Shown here: positions 44,989 to 55,264 of the stretch, piece after piece
Layout: the number at the start of each line of letters is the position of its first letter
Numbering within the stretch: the first letter of the stretch is position 1
From: an uncultured Aliarcobacter sp.
Lineage (GTDB): Bacteria > Campylobacterota > Campylobacteria > Campylobacterales > Arcobacteraceae
Reading direction: 5' to 3'
DNA: 64,000 nucleotides
Assembly (NCBI GenBank): GCA_963664305.2
Contig: CAXXLV010000002.1
Span: 1,088,001-1,152,000 of the forward strand
Position numbers and translations under genes: made by a program
The notes under the pieces: generated by a model
Databases searched by the model: none
What the model was told of the DNA's origin: nothing
Seen by the model: only the letters and a program-made list of their open reading frames with translations

Positions 44989-45651
44989 ATGAAAATATTT
45001 TTACTTGAAGATGATTTTGCTTTAAATAAAATCATAAAACAATCTTTACAAAATCGAGGTTTTTATGTGGATAGTTTTACAGATGGATATAAAGCAATAG
45101 AATTTATCTCAAATAGTAAATATGATTTATATATTTTAGATTTAAATGTTTTGGGATTTGATGGACATAAAGTTTTAGAATTTATTAGAAATGATGATTT
45201 AAATGTTCCAATTATTATGATAAGTGCAGAAATTGATATTGAAAACATCAAAAAATCTTACACTTTAGGTTGTAATGACTATATAAAAAAACCTTTTGAT
45301 TTTGAAGAACTATTTTTACGAATTCAATATCATTTAAGTCACATAAAAAAAGATGAAAATAGCGATTTTATAGTTGATTTAGGATATGACTTTTCATTTA
45401 ATTTAATGGAGCAAACTCTTTTTAAATCAAAATTTGAAATAGAACTAACAAACAAAGAAAAACTTCTTTTAACTCTTTTAGTAAAAAACATAAACAACAC
45501 TGTTACAAATGAAATGATTCACGAATATGTTTGGGATAGTAAAGAAATGGAAACTGTAAGTATGAGAACTATTGTTCATAAACTCAAAAAAAAGCTAAAA
45601 AATGGAATGATTTTAAACTTAAGAGGAGTTGGCTATAAACTTATAAAATAG
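44989..45651 (+). CDS. OmpR/PhoB family response regulator
   Basis: LLEDD, ILDL, KKPF; C-terminal wHTH ending NLRGVGYK. Confidence 0.93.
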   Translation: MKIFLLEDDFALNKIIKQSLQNRGFYVDSFTDGYKAIEFISNSKYDLYILDLNVLGFDGHKVLEFIRNDDLNVPIIMISAEIDIENIKKSYTLGCNDYIKKPFDFEELFLRIQYHLSHIKKDENSDFIVDLGYDFSFNLMEQTLFKSKFEIELTNKEKLLLTLLVKNINNTVTNEMIHEYVWDSKEMETVSMRTIVHKLKKKLKNGMILNLRGVGYKLIK

Positions 45652-45663
45652 CCAACATTTCTT

Positions 45664-46359
45664 TTATTTAATTGCACCTAATTTTTGAAGATTTGAAAGT
45701 GAAATTAAGTGAGCTGTAATTAATGAATAAGCATTTTTTGCACAAATATCATCTTTTTTCTTTTTACTTAAATGTTTTAATTTTTCTTCATTTACTACAA
45801 AAAAACCATTTAAACTAAATTTTTCACCTTTTGTATTTACAACTGTTGCAATTTTTTCTTCTAAAAGTTCCCACTCTTCAAGTTGTTTTATAAATTGAGT
45901 TGTTGAAACAGAATCTGCATAATATTGATTTAAAAAGTTTAAAGCACTATTTAAAAATTCGCTATTATTTCCTTCTTCATCAAACAGTTTTTTAGCACCC
46001 TCTTTTTCAGTTAAGTACTCACCTTCAATAGCAATTACTAAATCTTTTTGATTTTCTTTATTTACTAAAATAAATGGATAACTTCTTACAAATGCTGGAA
46101 TATAGTGTAATTCTTTCCAGTTTCCTTTTTTATCAATAAAAAGATTTTCACCTTGTTTATATCCTAATAAAACAGATGCAAACCAATTATTGTCTTTATC
46201 TTTTGCAAAAAATATAGGATAATTTTTACAAGCTTCAAAAAACTCTGATATTGCAACAGGAGCATTAATCAGTTCTTTTGAATAAGAAAAATTTGTTACT
46301 TCTTCTATTCCTTTATTTTTATGTTGAATTTTATTTAATACTTCTAATTTCTTAAACAC
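45664..46359 (-). CDS. SapC family protein
   Basis: EFFEACKNYPIFF, YIPAFVRSYPF, AHLISLSN; GTG start. Confidence 0.85.
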   Translation of the reverse strand: MFKKLEVLNKIQHKNKGIEEVTNFSYSKELINAPVAISEFFEACKNYPIFFAKDKDNNWFASVLLGYKQGENLFIDKKGNWKELHYIPAFVRSYPFILVNKENQKDLVIAIEGEYLTEKEGAKKLFDEEGNNSEFLNSALNFLNQYYADSVSTTQFIKQLEEWELLEEKIATVVNTKGEKFSLNGFFVVNEEKLKHLSKKKKDDICAKNAYSLITAHLISLSNLQKLGAIK

Positions 46360-46468
46360 TTTTTTCCCTTTTTTTGATTTGATTTTATTCTAGCAAATTA
46401 TTGAAAAAGATTTATATGATATATGTATAAAAATAGATTAAATTAGAAAAATATAGGAGAAGGAAAGC

Positions 46469-48487
46469 CTAGAAGCTTTCCCACTCATCGTCATTTGATT
46501 TTGTTGATGTGATTACTTTTGTATCTTTTTTTGGTGATACTGTTTGACTATACGGTTTTGGTGCTGTCTTTTTTACTGGTGTTATATGTATCTCTTTTGG
46601 TGTACTTCTTAGATTCATATCTTTCGCTTTTACTTCATTTTTCCCTACAAACTCTTTTGCATTTGCATCATTAATTATTAGTTTCGCTATTTCATCTGTT
46701 ACTGTTGCTACTGTTTGTGTTTGATTTGCTATTGCTGCATTTTGTTGTGTTTGTTGGTCTAATTGATTTACTGCATCATTTATTTGTTCTATTCCTGATA
46801 GTTGCTCTTTACTTGACATTTCGATATCTTGAATTAAATTTATTGTATTTGTAATATTTTGATTTAACTCTTTATATCCATCTATCATATTATTTGCAAT
46901 ATCTTTTCCTTGATTTGCTTTACTTGTTGCATTTTCTACGATTGCTTTTATCTCTTTTGCTGCTTCTGCACTTCGTGACGCTAGGTTTCGCACTTCTTGT
47001 GCAACTACTGCAAATCCTTTTCCAGCTTCACCAGCAGTTGCAGCTTCAACTGCTGCGTTTAGTGAGAGAATATTTGTTTGGAATGCAATTTGGTCAATTA
47101 CACTTATAGCTTCATTGATTAGATTTACTTGATTATTTATTTCATCCATTGCTTGTGTTGTTTGATTTGCTAATTTTTCACCATCATTTGCAGATTTTGT
47201 TACTTCATTTGAATAAGTTGCCATTTTTGCAATATTTTGCGTATTATTTCTTATATTTGAAGTTATCTCTTCAAGTGCTGCTGCTGTCTCTTCTAAACTT
47301 GCTGCTGCTTCATTTGAACTCATATTTAACTTATCCACATTTGCTAATAAAATATTTGAACTCTCATTTAACGTTAATCCATTTGTTTTATTATCTACTA
47401 GCATTTGGTTGATTGTATCTGCTAAAGAATTTATTCCAACTGCTATATTCCCTTTATCTTCTATTCTTCCTCTAAAATCTAATTTTGAATAAGCTTCTAA
47501 TACTTTTAATACTTTATTTATATCTTCACACACACTATTTTTTGTGGCTTCTAACATTTCATTTAAAATATTTTTCAACTCTTCAAGATTTTCATTCTCT
47601 GTATTTTTCTCTACTTTTTTAGTAAATCTTCCTTCTTTTACTTCATTTACTACTCTTTTTACATCTTCTATCAAAATATTATCTTGTATGATTAGATTCT
47701 CTGTTTTTTTAATATTTTGGTTAATAAATTCACCAATACGTGCAATTTCATCTTTTGATGATGTATCAATTAAAACTGCATTTTTTGTCTCTTTATTTAA
47801 AAAACTGAAAAAATCTAACAATCCACTTTGTAATTTTTTAATTGAATTATTAAAAGTTTTACCAATTGAGAAAGAGAAAAATAGAGTTAATATAATTGTC
47901 AAAATTGTAATTATCACAAAAGTATATAATGATGAAGAAATCGAATTATTTACTTCTACTTTATTCTCATCAACAAGTTTATAAGTTTCTTCACTAAAAA
48001 AATCTATTAAATCTCTCATAGATTCATAATCTTTTAAATATGTAGAAAAATAAAAGTTTTTTGCCTCTTCATTATTATCTTCTTTAACATATTTAATCAA
48101 AGTTTCTGTATTACTTTTTGTTAAAGCATAATATTTATCAAACTCTTGAAACTCTTTTGATTTAGAAGATAGACTATCTTCAATAAATGATTTAAATTTA
48201 TCAAATCTTTGTCTTATTTGTAATAGATTATCATTTACACCTTTATTTATCAATTTATCAATTTTCTCTTTATCTTTTAAACTAATTATTTGACTTAAAG
48301 CTAAATTTGATTGATAAGAGTCTCTATCTGCTTCTAATAAAACTGTTATTCCTGCAAAATTTTTATCTGCTAAATTATTAACATTACCATCTATATTTTT
48401 TATATTAAAAGATACAAGTAAACTACTAATAATTGAAACCGCAACTAATATTAAAAACGAGCCAATTATTTTATTTTTTATACTCAT
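46469..48487 (-). CDS. methyl-accepting chemotaxis protein (4HB sensor)
   Basis: 2 [33 protein letters not shown]-terminal EWESF pentapeptide. Confidence 0.95.
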   Translation of the reverse strand: MSIKNKIIGSFLILVAVSIISSLLVSFNIKNIDGNVNNLADKNFAGITVLLEADRDSYQSNLALSQIISLKDKEKIDKLINKGVNDNLLQIRQRFDKFKSFIEDSLSSKSKEFQEFDKYYALTKSNTETLIKYVKEDNNEEAKNFYFSTYLKDYESMRDLIDFFSEETYKLVDENKVEVNNSISSSLYTFVIITILTIILTLFFSFSIGKTFNNSIKKLQSGLLDFFSFLNKETKNAVLIDTSSKDEIARIGEFINQNIKKTENLIIQDNILIEDVKRVVNEVKEGRFTKKVEKNTENENLEELKNILNEMLEATKNSVCEDINKVLKVLEAYSKLDFRGRIEDKGNIAVGINSLADTINQMLVDNKTNGLTLNESSNILLANVDKLNMSSNEAAASLEETAAALEEITSNIRNNTQNIAKMATYSNEVTKSANDGEKLANQTTQAMDEINNQVNLINEAISVIDQIAFQTNILSLNAAVEAATAGEAGKGFAVVAQEVRNLASRSAEAAKEIKAIVENATSKANQGKDIANNMIDGYKELNQNITNTINLIQDIEMSSKEQLSGIEQINDAVNQLDQQTQQNAAIANQTQTVATVTDEIAKLIINDANAKEFVGKNEVKAKDMNLRSTPKEIHITPVKKTAPKPYSQTVSPKKDTKVITSTKSNDDEWESF

Positions 48488-48604
48488 AGGACACCCCTTT
48501 TAGAAATCTATCTATTATTTAAATTTATAGTAGATTTTTATATAACTGTATACTTCTTTTATAATAGTACTAATAAATAATATTATAAAAGTATCATTTA
48601 CAAA

Positions 48605-50578
48605 TTAATCTCTAAAAGTTCTTTCCAATATTTCCAATTGACTTTGAGTTCTCTCAATAATATCAATACTATGAACTAACTGATCAAAATTCATTTTTTT
48701 GTTTTCAATAAAACTATTGCTATGAGTTGAGTTTTTATGGATTTTTTCAATTGATTCATTTATTATTTCCATATCAGATGAAACACCTGATAATTTTTCA
48801 CTTGCTCCTGAAATATCAGTTGAAATTAAATTCACATTTTTAATAGTTGTATCAACAGAATGATTACTATCACTTAAACTTGTTTGTGTTTTTGCAGCTA
48901 GTTTTTTTACCTCATCAGCAACAACTTTAAATCCATTTCCAAACTCACCTGCTCTTGATGCTTCAATTGCTGCATTTAAAGCTAATAAATTTGTTTGAAT
49001 TGCAATACTTGAAATAGAAGATAATACTTGTTTTATATCAGAAGCATTTTTTGTCAAACTTTGCATTTTAGAAACTAATTGAGAATTTATTTCAACATTA
49101 CTCAAAATATCACCTGAGAATTTTTCAAATTTTTTAGTCATTTCAGTAATTAGTTTATTATTTTCAGCTGTATCAACATAAACTTGATTTAAAATCGTCA
49201 CCATATCTTTGATTAATGGGAAAGCCTCTTTTAGACTATTAATTACAGCTGTTCTAATTCTTGCAATTAGTTGATATTTGTGGATTTCTCTTTGGGCAAA
49301 ATATGTGCTAAATTTTGCATATTTATGTACAAAATTATTTACATACTCATCATAAAAATCATTTTCATTTTCTACTTCATAGAAAAACAGAGCTGTAAGA
49401 GTTTGATTGATATTTAAACCTAATAATTCACCAAAAGTTGAAAATCCAGCCAATGGAATGTCATTGAATGTTTTTAAAGATTGAAGATTTTTTGAATTTA
49501 ATAATCTTCTTAAAATACAGTCATTTAATATTCCACCAATTGGTTTTGATTTTTTTCTTGCAGAAAAATTTCTAAAATCATGGTCAGTTTGAGAAACAAA
49601 CTCTTTGTTTTTAACCAAATATAATAAATCACCAAAAGAGATATCACAGAAAAATGAAATTGATTTTTTTTCAATATCCACATTTGAAACAGACCTAATA
49701 TATAACTCACCATCAACTTCAATAGCAAAAGTATAATCAGCTAATACAGTTTTTAAATCTTCCAAAGAACAATTTAAGTGATGACATAAAGCATCAACAA
49801 AATTTACTATTCTATTTCCTTTAGAGTTTAAAACACTTTGAACACTTCTATTAAGCATATTTGATTGAGCAACTAAAAAACTCAAATTTGTTTTTTCACA
49901 ACTTTGAGATTTAAATACTCCATATTTAATATTTTGTTTTAATTTTGTTAGGATTATAACTGCACTATGTCTAATCTTTTGTTGATTATTAAATAAAAAT
50001 GTCTCTTTAAAATCAAACTTTCCACCAGCACTTCCACCAATAATTAAACAAGGAAGTTTTCCACTTTCATATATTGCTTCTGTTAAAAAACTTTCACTAT
50101 TTGATAAACCATCAACAAAAGTTAAAGCATAACAATTTTCATGATTGATTTTAAAAGGAATGTGTTGTTTATTAATCTCATTTTTTATTATTTCAATTCT
50201 TTCTTTATGAGATATTGTTTGAGTTGTTATATTTTCGCTATGTAAAGGAATAGTTAATATTTCTACTTCATCTATCATTTCATCACTAAATGCTTGTAAT
50301 ACAATATTATCCCATGTAGAACTCGCATCATTATAAATATAATCTCTTTTTTGTTCTAGGTTAAAAGTACAAAGTTCTCCTGCTGTTGTAGTTAAAATAA
50401 CTTTTACATTTGGTGAAAATGAAGATTTGATTTTTCTTGATACATTATCAAAATCAATGTGTGGAGATAAAAAACCAACTACTAATTTAGGATTAAACTC
50501 TTCAATCAATGAATTTAAATCTTTTTCTAAATTTTGTTCTTTTGTATCTACAATACGAATATAACTATTTTTATTCAT
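48605..50578 (-). CDS. soluble chemoreceptor with FIST sensory domain
   Basis: TTTAGE, IGGSAG, DCILRR, GFSTFGE, NQTL FIST motifs; [18 protein letters not shown]; no TM. Confidence 0.9.
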   Translation of the reverse strand: MNKNSYIRIVDTKEQNLEKDLNSLIEEFNPKLVVGFLSPHIDFDNVSRKIKSSFSPNVKVILTTTAGELCTFNLEQKRDYIYNDASSTWDNIVLQAFSDEMIDEVEILTIPLHSENITTQTISHKERIEIIKNEINKQHIPFKINHENCYALTFVDGLSNSESFLTEAIYESGKLPCLIIGGSAGGKFDFKETFLFNNQQKIRHSAVIILTKLKQNIKYGVFKSQSCEKTNLSFLVAQSNMLNRSVQSVLNSKGNRIVNFVDALCHHLNCSLEDLKTVLADYTFAIEVDGELYIRSVSNVDIEKKSISFFCDISFGDLLYLVKNKEFVSQTDHDFRNFSARKKSKPIGGILNDCILRRLLNSKNLQSLKTFNDIPLAGFSTFGELLGLNINQTLTALFFYEVENENDFYDEYVNNFVHKYAKFSTYFAQREIHKYQLIARIRTAVINSLKEAFPLIKDMVTILNQVYVDTAENNKLITEMTKKFEKFSGDILSNVEINSQLVSKMQSLTKNASDIKQVLSSISSIAIQTNLLALNAAIEASRAGEFGNGFKVVADEVKKLAAKTQTSLSDSNHSVDTTIKNVNLISTDISGASEKLSGVSSDMEIINESIEKIHKNSTHSNSFIENKKMNFDQLVHSIDIIERTQSQLEILERTFRD

Positions 50579-50705
50579 AACTATCCTTATAGAATTTTAT
50601 GAAATAATATCAAACAAATATAGCGTAAATATATCATTATATTAAATAAAGATAAATAGGATAAAATTTCTCTTAGATAAAATAAGATTAAATAAAGGAA
50701 TTATA

Positions 50706-51248
50706 ATGATAAAAAAGATACTACTTTTAATTTTGCTGATTTTTAGTTCATTATTTTCAAAGGAGAACAATATGAGTATTTATGATTTTAATGTAAAAAC
50801 AATTGACGGTAAAGAGATTTCAATGTCAAAATATAAAGGAAAAGTTCTTTTAATCGTAAATGTTGCAAGTAAATGTGGGTTTACAGGTCAATATGAAGGA
50901 TTAGAAACTCTTTTTGAAAAATATAAAAACAAAGATTTTATGGTTTTAGGATTTCCTTCAAATCAATTTGCAAATCAAGAACCTGAATCAAATGAAAAAA
51001 TCAAAGAGTTTTGTAGTTTAACTTATGATGTAAAATTTGATATGTTTGCAAAAATAGATGTAAATGGGAAAAATGAATCTCCTTTATATACTTTTTTAAA
51101 AAATGAACAAAAAGGAATTTTGGGAACAAAAGATATAAAATGGAACTTTACAAAATTTTTAGTTGATAAAGATGGAAATATTGTAAATAGATACGGAAGT
51201 TCTACAACTCCAGAATCAATAGAAAAAGATATATTAAATCTTTTATAA
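50706..51248 (+). CDS. Cys-type glutathione peroxidase family protein (BtuE-like)
   Basis: VNVASKCGFT, GFPSNQF, IKWNFTKFL; alternative start at 50772. Confidence 0.95.
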   Translation: MIKKILLLILLIFSSLFSKENNMSIYDFNVKTIDGKEISMSKYKGKVLLIVNVASKCGFTGQYEGLETLFEKYKNKDFMVLGFPSNQFANQEPESNEKIKEFCSLTYDVKFDMFAKIDVNGKNESPLYTFLKNEQKGILGTKDIKWNFTKFLVDKDGNIVNRYGSSTTPESIEKDILNLL

Positions 51249-51259
51249 AAGGATAAAAA

Positions 51260-51874
51260 ATAGAAAATTTTTTAAATAATATCCAAGAAGCTGTTTCATA
51301 TATGACTTCTTGGGAAATGTTAGCAGTTTTTTTATCAATTGCGTATCTAATACTTGCTATAAAACAAAATCTTTGGTGTTGGGCTGCTGCATTTTTTAGT
51401 ACATTGATTTATAGTATTTTGTTTTTTGATGCTTCACTTTTGATGGATAGTTTTTTAAATATTTTTTATCTAATAATGGCTCTTTATGGTTGGTATTCTT
51501 GGAAATTTGGAAATATAACCCAAATAGAAAAAGAACTTGAAATAAGCAGTTATAGTTTTTCTAAAAATATAAAAATCATTCTTTCTTTGACTATTATCTC
51601 TTTATGTTTGGGATATTATATGGCAAATTATACAAGAGCTGATTTTGCATATTTAGATACATTTACAACTGTTTTTGCTGTTTTTGCAACATATATGCTT
51701 ACAAAAAAAGTATTAGAAAATTGGCTTTATTGGGTTGTTATTGATGCTGTTTCAATTTATATTTATATAAATAAAGGTTTTTATTTAACAGCTGTTTTAT
51801 TTTTTATTTATACTGTTATTGCGTTGATTGCATATAGACAATGGAAAAAAGAGTATTTAAGTTTTGACTATTGA
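51260..51874 (+). CDS. pnuC: PnuC-family vitamin transporter (first ATG 51302; likely start ATA 51260)
   Basis: YGWYSW, YLDTFTT, KKVLENWLYWVVID. Confidence 0.9.
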   Translation: MENFLNNIQEAVSYMTSWEMLAVFLSIAYLILAIKQNLWCWAAAFFSTLIYSILFFDASLLMDSFLNIFYLIMALYGWYSWKFGNITQIEKELEISSYSFSKNIKIILSLTIISLCLGYYMANYTRADFAYLDTFTTVFAVFATYMLTKKVLENWLYWVVIDAVSIYIYINKGFYLTAVLFFIYTVIALIAYRQWKKEYLSFDY

Positions 51875-52622
51875 AAAATTAGAAACATATAATATTTTTG
51901 AAGAAAAATTATTAAGCCTTGAATTATTAAAAAATCAAGGTTTTAATAATATAAGTTATCTTTTAAAAACATCTAATAAATCATATGTAATAAGAGTTTT
52001 TAAATCAAATAGTAGTGTAAATATTAGTAGAGAATTTGAATTTAAAATACAAAAACTTGCTTTTAAACAAAATATCTGTTCTAAACCTATTTTTTTAAAT
52101 GAAAAATTTATGGTTTACGAATATCAAAGAGGTTTTCATAAAACAAAATTAAAATCTCACGAACTTAAAATTCTTGTTTTAAAAATAAAAAAATTACATC
52201 AAATCAAAGAAAAAACTAATCCTTATGATATAAAAAAAGATTTATTAAACTATAAAAAAGTTGTTGAAAATGAAAAACTAATAAGAGAGACATTTAAAAA
52301 CCTAAATCTTCTAAAAAAATATAAAAAAGAGTTAGTTCTAAGTCATCATGACCTAAATCCTAAAAATATAATTTTTAAAAATAAAGAGATAAAAATAATA
52401 GACTGGGAATATGTTGGAACAAATGACAGATTTTTTGATTTGGCTTCTATTTGTATAGAATTTTCTTTGAACAAAAAAGAAGAAGAATTTTTATTAAAAA
52501 CATATTTTAAAGTTCTTAATAAAACCCATCAAAAAAAGATAGAGTCTTACAAAATAATTTATAAAAACCTTTGTAGTTTATGGTTTATAAATTATCTTCT
52601 TCCTATTAATGTTGTAGATTGA
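51864..52622 (+). CDS. choline/thiamine kinase-like phosphotransferase (APH fold)
   Basis: QGFNN, HHDLNPKN, IIDWEY, FFDLA; overlaps pnuC. Confidence 0.85.
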   Translation: MTIEKLETYNIFEEKLLSLELLKNQGFNNISYLLKTSNKSYVIRVFKSNSSVNISREFEFKIQKLAFKQNICSKPIFLNEKFMVYEYQRGFHKTKLKSHELKILVLKIKKLHQIKEKTNPYDIKKDLLNYKKVVENEKLIRETFKNLNLLKKYKKELVLSHHDLNPKNIIFKNKEIKIIDWEYVGTNDRFFDLASICIEFSLNKKEEEFLLKTYFKVLNKTHQKKIESYKIIYKNLCSLWFINYLLPINVVD

Positions 52623-53686
52623 AACTCTTCAAATCTTTTTTCTTGAACATATAATTTCTCTAATAAAACACTATTTTGTTTTCTTAAATTATATATTTCC
52701 ATCAAAAGCTTTTGATTATTTACAACATTTGCATCAAGTTCTCTTTGCAGAGATTTAGATAAATTTACTTCTTGTTGTAAATTTCCAACTAATTCTAAAT
52801 TTGATTGATTTTCTTTTTTCAATTCTTGATATGCTTTGAAATTTTCTGATTTTAATATCAAAATATGTTTTTTCAATGCTAATATCTCATTTTCATATTT
52901 TGAAATCAATGTTGCAAATTCAATAAATTTTTTTATCTTTCCATTATTATGATAAATTGGTAAAATTGTTGAATGTGTATAATAAAAATTTCCCTCTTTT
53001 GAAACTTTTTTACTAAGACCCACCCAAGTATTACCTCTTAGTAAACTATCTTGAATCTTTGCTCCATGAGTATCAGCAGAACACAACATACTCTTATCAC
53101 TGATATTTTTACCAATAACTTCATTTAATTCATAACCAGAATTTGATAAAAAAGCATCATTTGCAGATGTAATGTTAAATTCCAAATCAAGTTCACAAAT
53201 TATGTTATATGAGTCTAAAATAGAGATAAATTGTTTTAATTCATTATCTTTTCTTGCTAACTCTTTTTTCTGTTCTTTTACTTCCATAAGTTGAGAAATG
53301 ATTTTTAGCGTTGTATTTAATTGCATTGGTTTTACAATATAATTTGTGATATTGTATTTGATAGATTTTAATAAAGATTCTACTTCAGTAAATGCAGCAA
53401 CAATCAAAATTGGTATATCCCAATCGATTTTTCTAATCTCTTCTAATAATTCAATTCCAGTTGAATTTGGTAAATTTATATCTAATAAAATAATATCTAT
53501 TTCAGATCTATTTTCAAGAAAAACATTTAACCCTTCTTCTTTATCTTTTGCAATTAAAACCTTTTTAAAAAAAACTGCAAAAATCTCTGAAGCTTCTCTT
53601 CTAGATATCTCTTCATTTTCGATATATAAAAGTCTAGCTCTTTCCAAAAAGGCTTTATCAAAACTACATTTTAGTGATTGAGACAT
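52592..53686 (-). CDS. response regulator receiver + PAS + coiled-coil protein
   Basis: LLDINLP...VKP; PAS (ANDAF..SGY..EVIG, W.G....K.G..Y); start ATG 53686 behind AGGAG. Confidence 0.85.
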   Translation of the reverse strand: MSQSLKCSFDKAFLERARLLYIENEEISRREASEIFAVFFKKVLIAKDKEEGLNVFLENRSEIDIILLDINLPNSTGIELLEEIRKIDWDIPILIVAAFTEVESLLKSIKYNITNYIVKPMQLNTTLKIISQLMEVKEQKKELARKDNELKQFISILDSYNIICELDLEFNITSANDAFLSNSGYELNEVIGKNISDKSMLCSADTHGAKIQDSLLRGNTWVGLSKKVSKEGNFYYTHSTILPIYHNNGKIKKFIEFATLISKYENEILALKKHILILKSENFKAYQELKKENQSNLELVGNLQQEVNLSKSLQRELDANVVNNQKLLMEIYNLRKQNSVLLEKLYVQEKRFEEFQSTTLIGRR

Positions 53687-53753
53687 TCTTCTACTCCTTA
53701 CACCCAGCAAAATTCTATTTAAAAATCTTTTAATTAAAACTTATAAAAATTAG

Positions 53754-53774
53754 TTTTGATAATCTTTATCAAAA
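53754..53774. promoter_or_regulatory. palindrome resembling a Fur-family box
   Basis: TTTTGATAA-TCT-TTATCAAAA; core is 1 mismatch from TGATAAT-N-ATTATCA. Confidence 0.5.
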
Positions 53775-53912
53775 AATTTAATAATAAAAAAATAACTTAA
53801 TAATCTAGTTGTTTATAAACACAAACTAATAAAATAATTTTTATTTTTTATAAATAATCGTATATAAAAAATTATTTTTTTGATATAATAATTTAATTTA
53901 ATAATAAAAAAG

Positions 53913-55220
53913 ATGACTATGAAAAATAAAAACTTTCTTATATATTTTACAGTTACAATAATCTTTTGTTTTACGCTATTTATTATTAAATACATAAATG
54001 ATACAAGAAATGATTATCAAAAAATCTCAGAAAAAATATTATATCAACAAGCATCAACTCTTTTTAATAATATTGTAACTTTAAGAAAGTGGAATTCAGA
54101 CCATGGAGCTCTATATGTAAAAGCTCATGATGGACTTGAACCAAATCCGTACTTACCAAATAATCATACTTATACAAAAGATGATGAACTTTTAATCAAA
54201 ATAAATCCTGCTTGGATGACAAGACAAATTTCTGAAATATCAAATGCGAAAGAAGATTACTATTTTAAAATAACAAGTTTAAATCCTATAAATCCTAAAA
54301 ATACTCCTGATGAATTTGAGCAAAGAGCACTTAAATATTTAGAAAAAAATAAAAATGATTTATTTTATTCAAGTATTGGAAATGAGAAATATGATTTTAT
54401 GGGTCCATTAAAAGTTGAACCATCTTGTTTAAATTGTCATACAAATCAAAACTATAAGGTTGGAGATGTTATTGGAGGATTAAGAGTTAGTATTCCAATT
54501 GACCATTATAAAGAAAATGTTGAGATAGTTGATTCAAAAACAAATATTTTATATTTTGTAACTTTCTTCACTTCTATTGTATTTATACTTATTATCACTT
54601 TTACAATTCACTCTATCTACACAAGAGAATTTAATATTATGAAACTAAATAAAACTCTTGAAAGTAAAGTAAATCAAAGAACTAAAGAGTTAAGAAGAGC
54701 AAATAAGAAGTTATTAGAAATATCAACTACTGATTATTTAACAAACATATCAAATAGAAGACATTTCTTTGAAATAGGAGTAAAAGCTTTTCATTTGGCA
54801 AAAAGAGAAAACAAACCTCTTTCTATTATCTGTATAGATGTAGATTTTTTCAAACAAATAAATGACAATTATGGTCACGATATTGGTGATGAAATTTTAA
54901 AGCTAATCTCTTCATGTATGGTAAAAAATGTTAGAAAATCAGATATTGTTGCAAGAACTGGAGGGGAAGAGTTTTCTATTTTATTAAATAATTCAGATGA
55001 GAGCAATGCTTTTATAATTGCTGAAAAACTAAGAACTTGCGTTGAAAATGCAACTTATATAAAAGATGAATTAAAAGTAAAAGTTACAATCAGTTTAGGA
55101 ATTAGCCAATCAAAAGAAGAAGATGAAGATTTAGACTCAATTATTTCAAGAGCAGATAGAGCACTTTATATTGCTAAAAAAGATAGTAGAAATAAAAGTG
55201 TCATATATCAATATAGTTAA
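53913..55220 (+). CDS. diguanylate cyclase with periplasmic haem-c (DUF3365-like) sensor
   Basis: INPAWMTRQ, SLNPINPKN.PD.FE, CLNCH; GGEEF with RKSD I-site. Confidence 0.9.
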   Translation: MTMKNKNFLIYFTVTIIFCFTLFIIKYINDTRNDYQKISEKILYQQASTLFNNIVTLRKWNSDHGALYVKAHDGLEPNPYLPNNHTYTKDDELLIKINPAWMTRQISEISNAKEDYYFKITSLNPINPKNTPDEFEQRALKYLEKNKNDLFYSSIGNEKYDFMGPLKVEPSCLNCHTNQNYKVGDVIGGLRVSIPIDHYKENVEIVDSKTNILYFVTFFTSIVFILIITFTIHSIYTREFNIMKLNKTLESKVNQRTKELRRANKKLLEISTTDYLTNISNRRHFFEIGVKAFHLAKRENKPLSIICIDVDFFKQINDNYGHDIGDEILKLISSCMVKNVRKSDIVARTGGEEFSILLNNSDESNAFIIAEKLRTCVENATYIKDELKVKVTISLGISQSKEEDEDLDSIISRADRALYIAKKDSRNKSVIYQYS

Positions 55221-55264
55221 AAATTATCTTCATTAATTAAAAACTTTTTAGATACAATCCCAAA

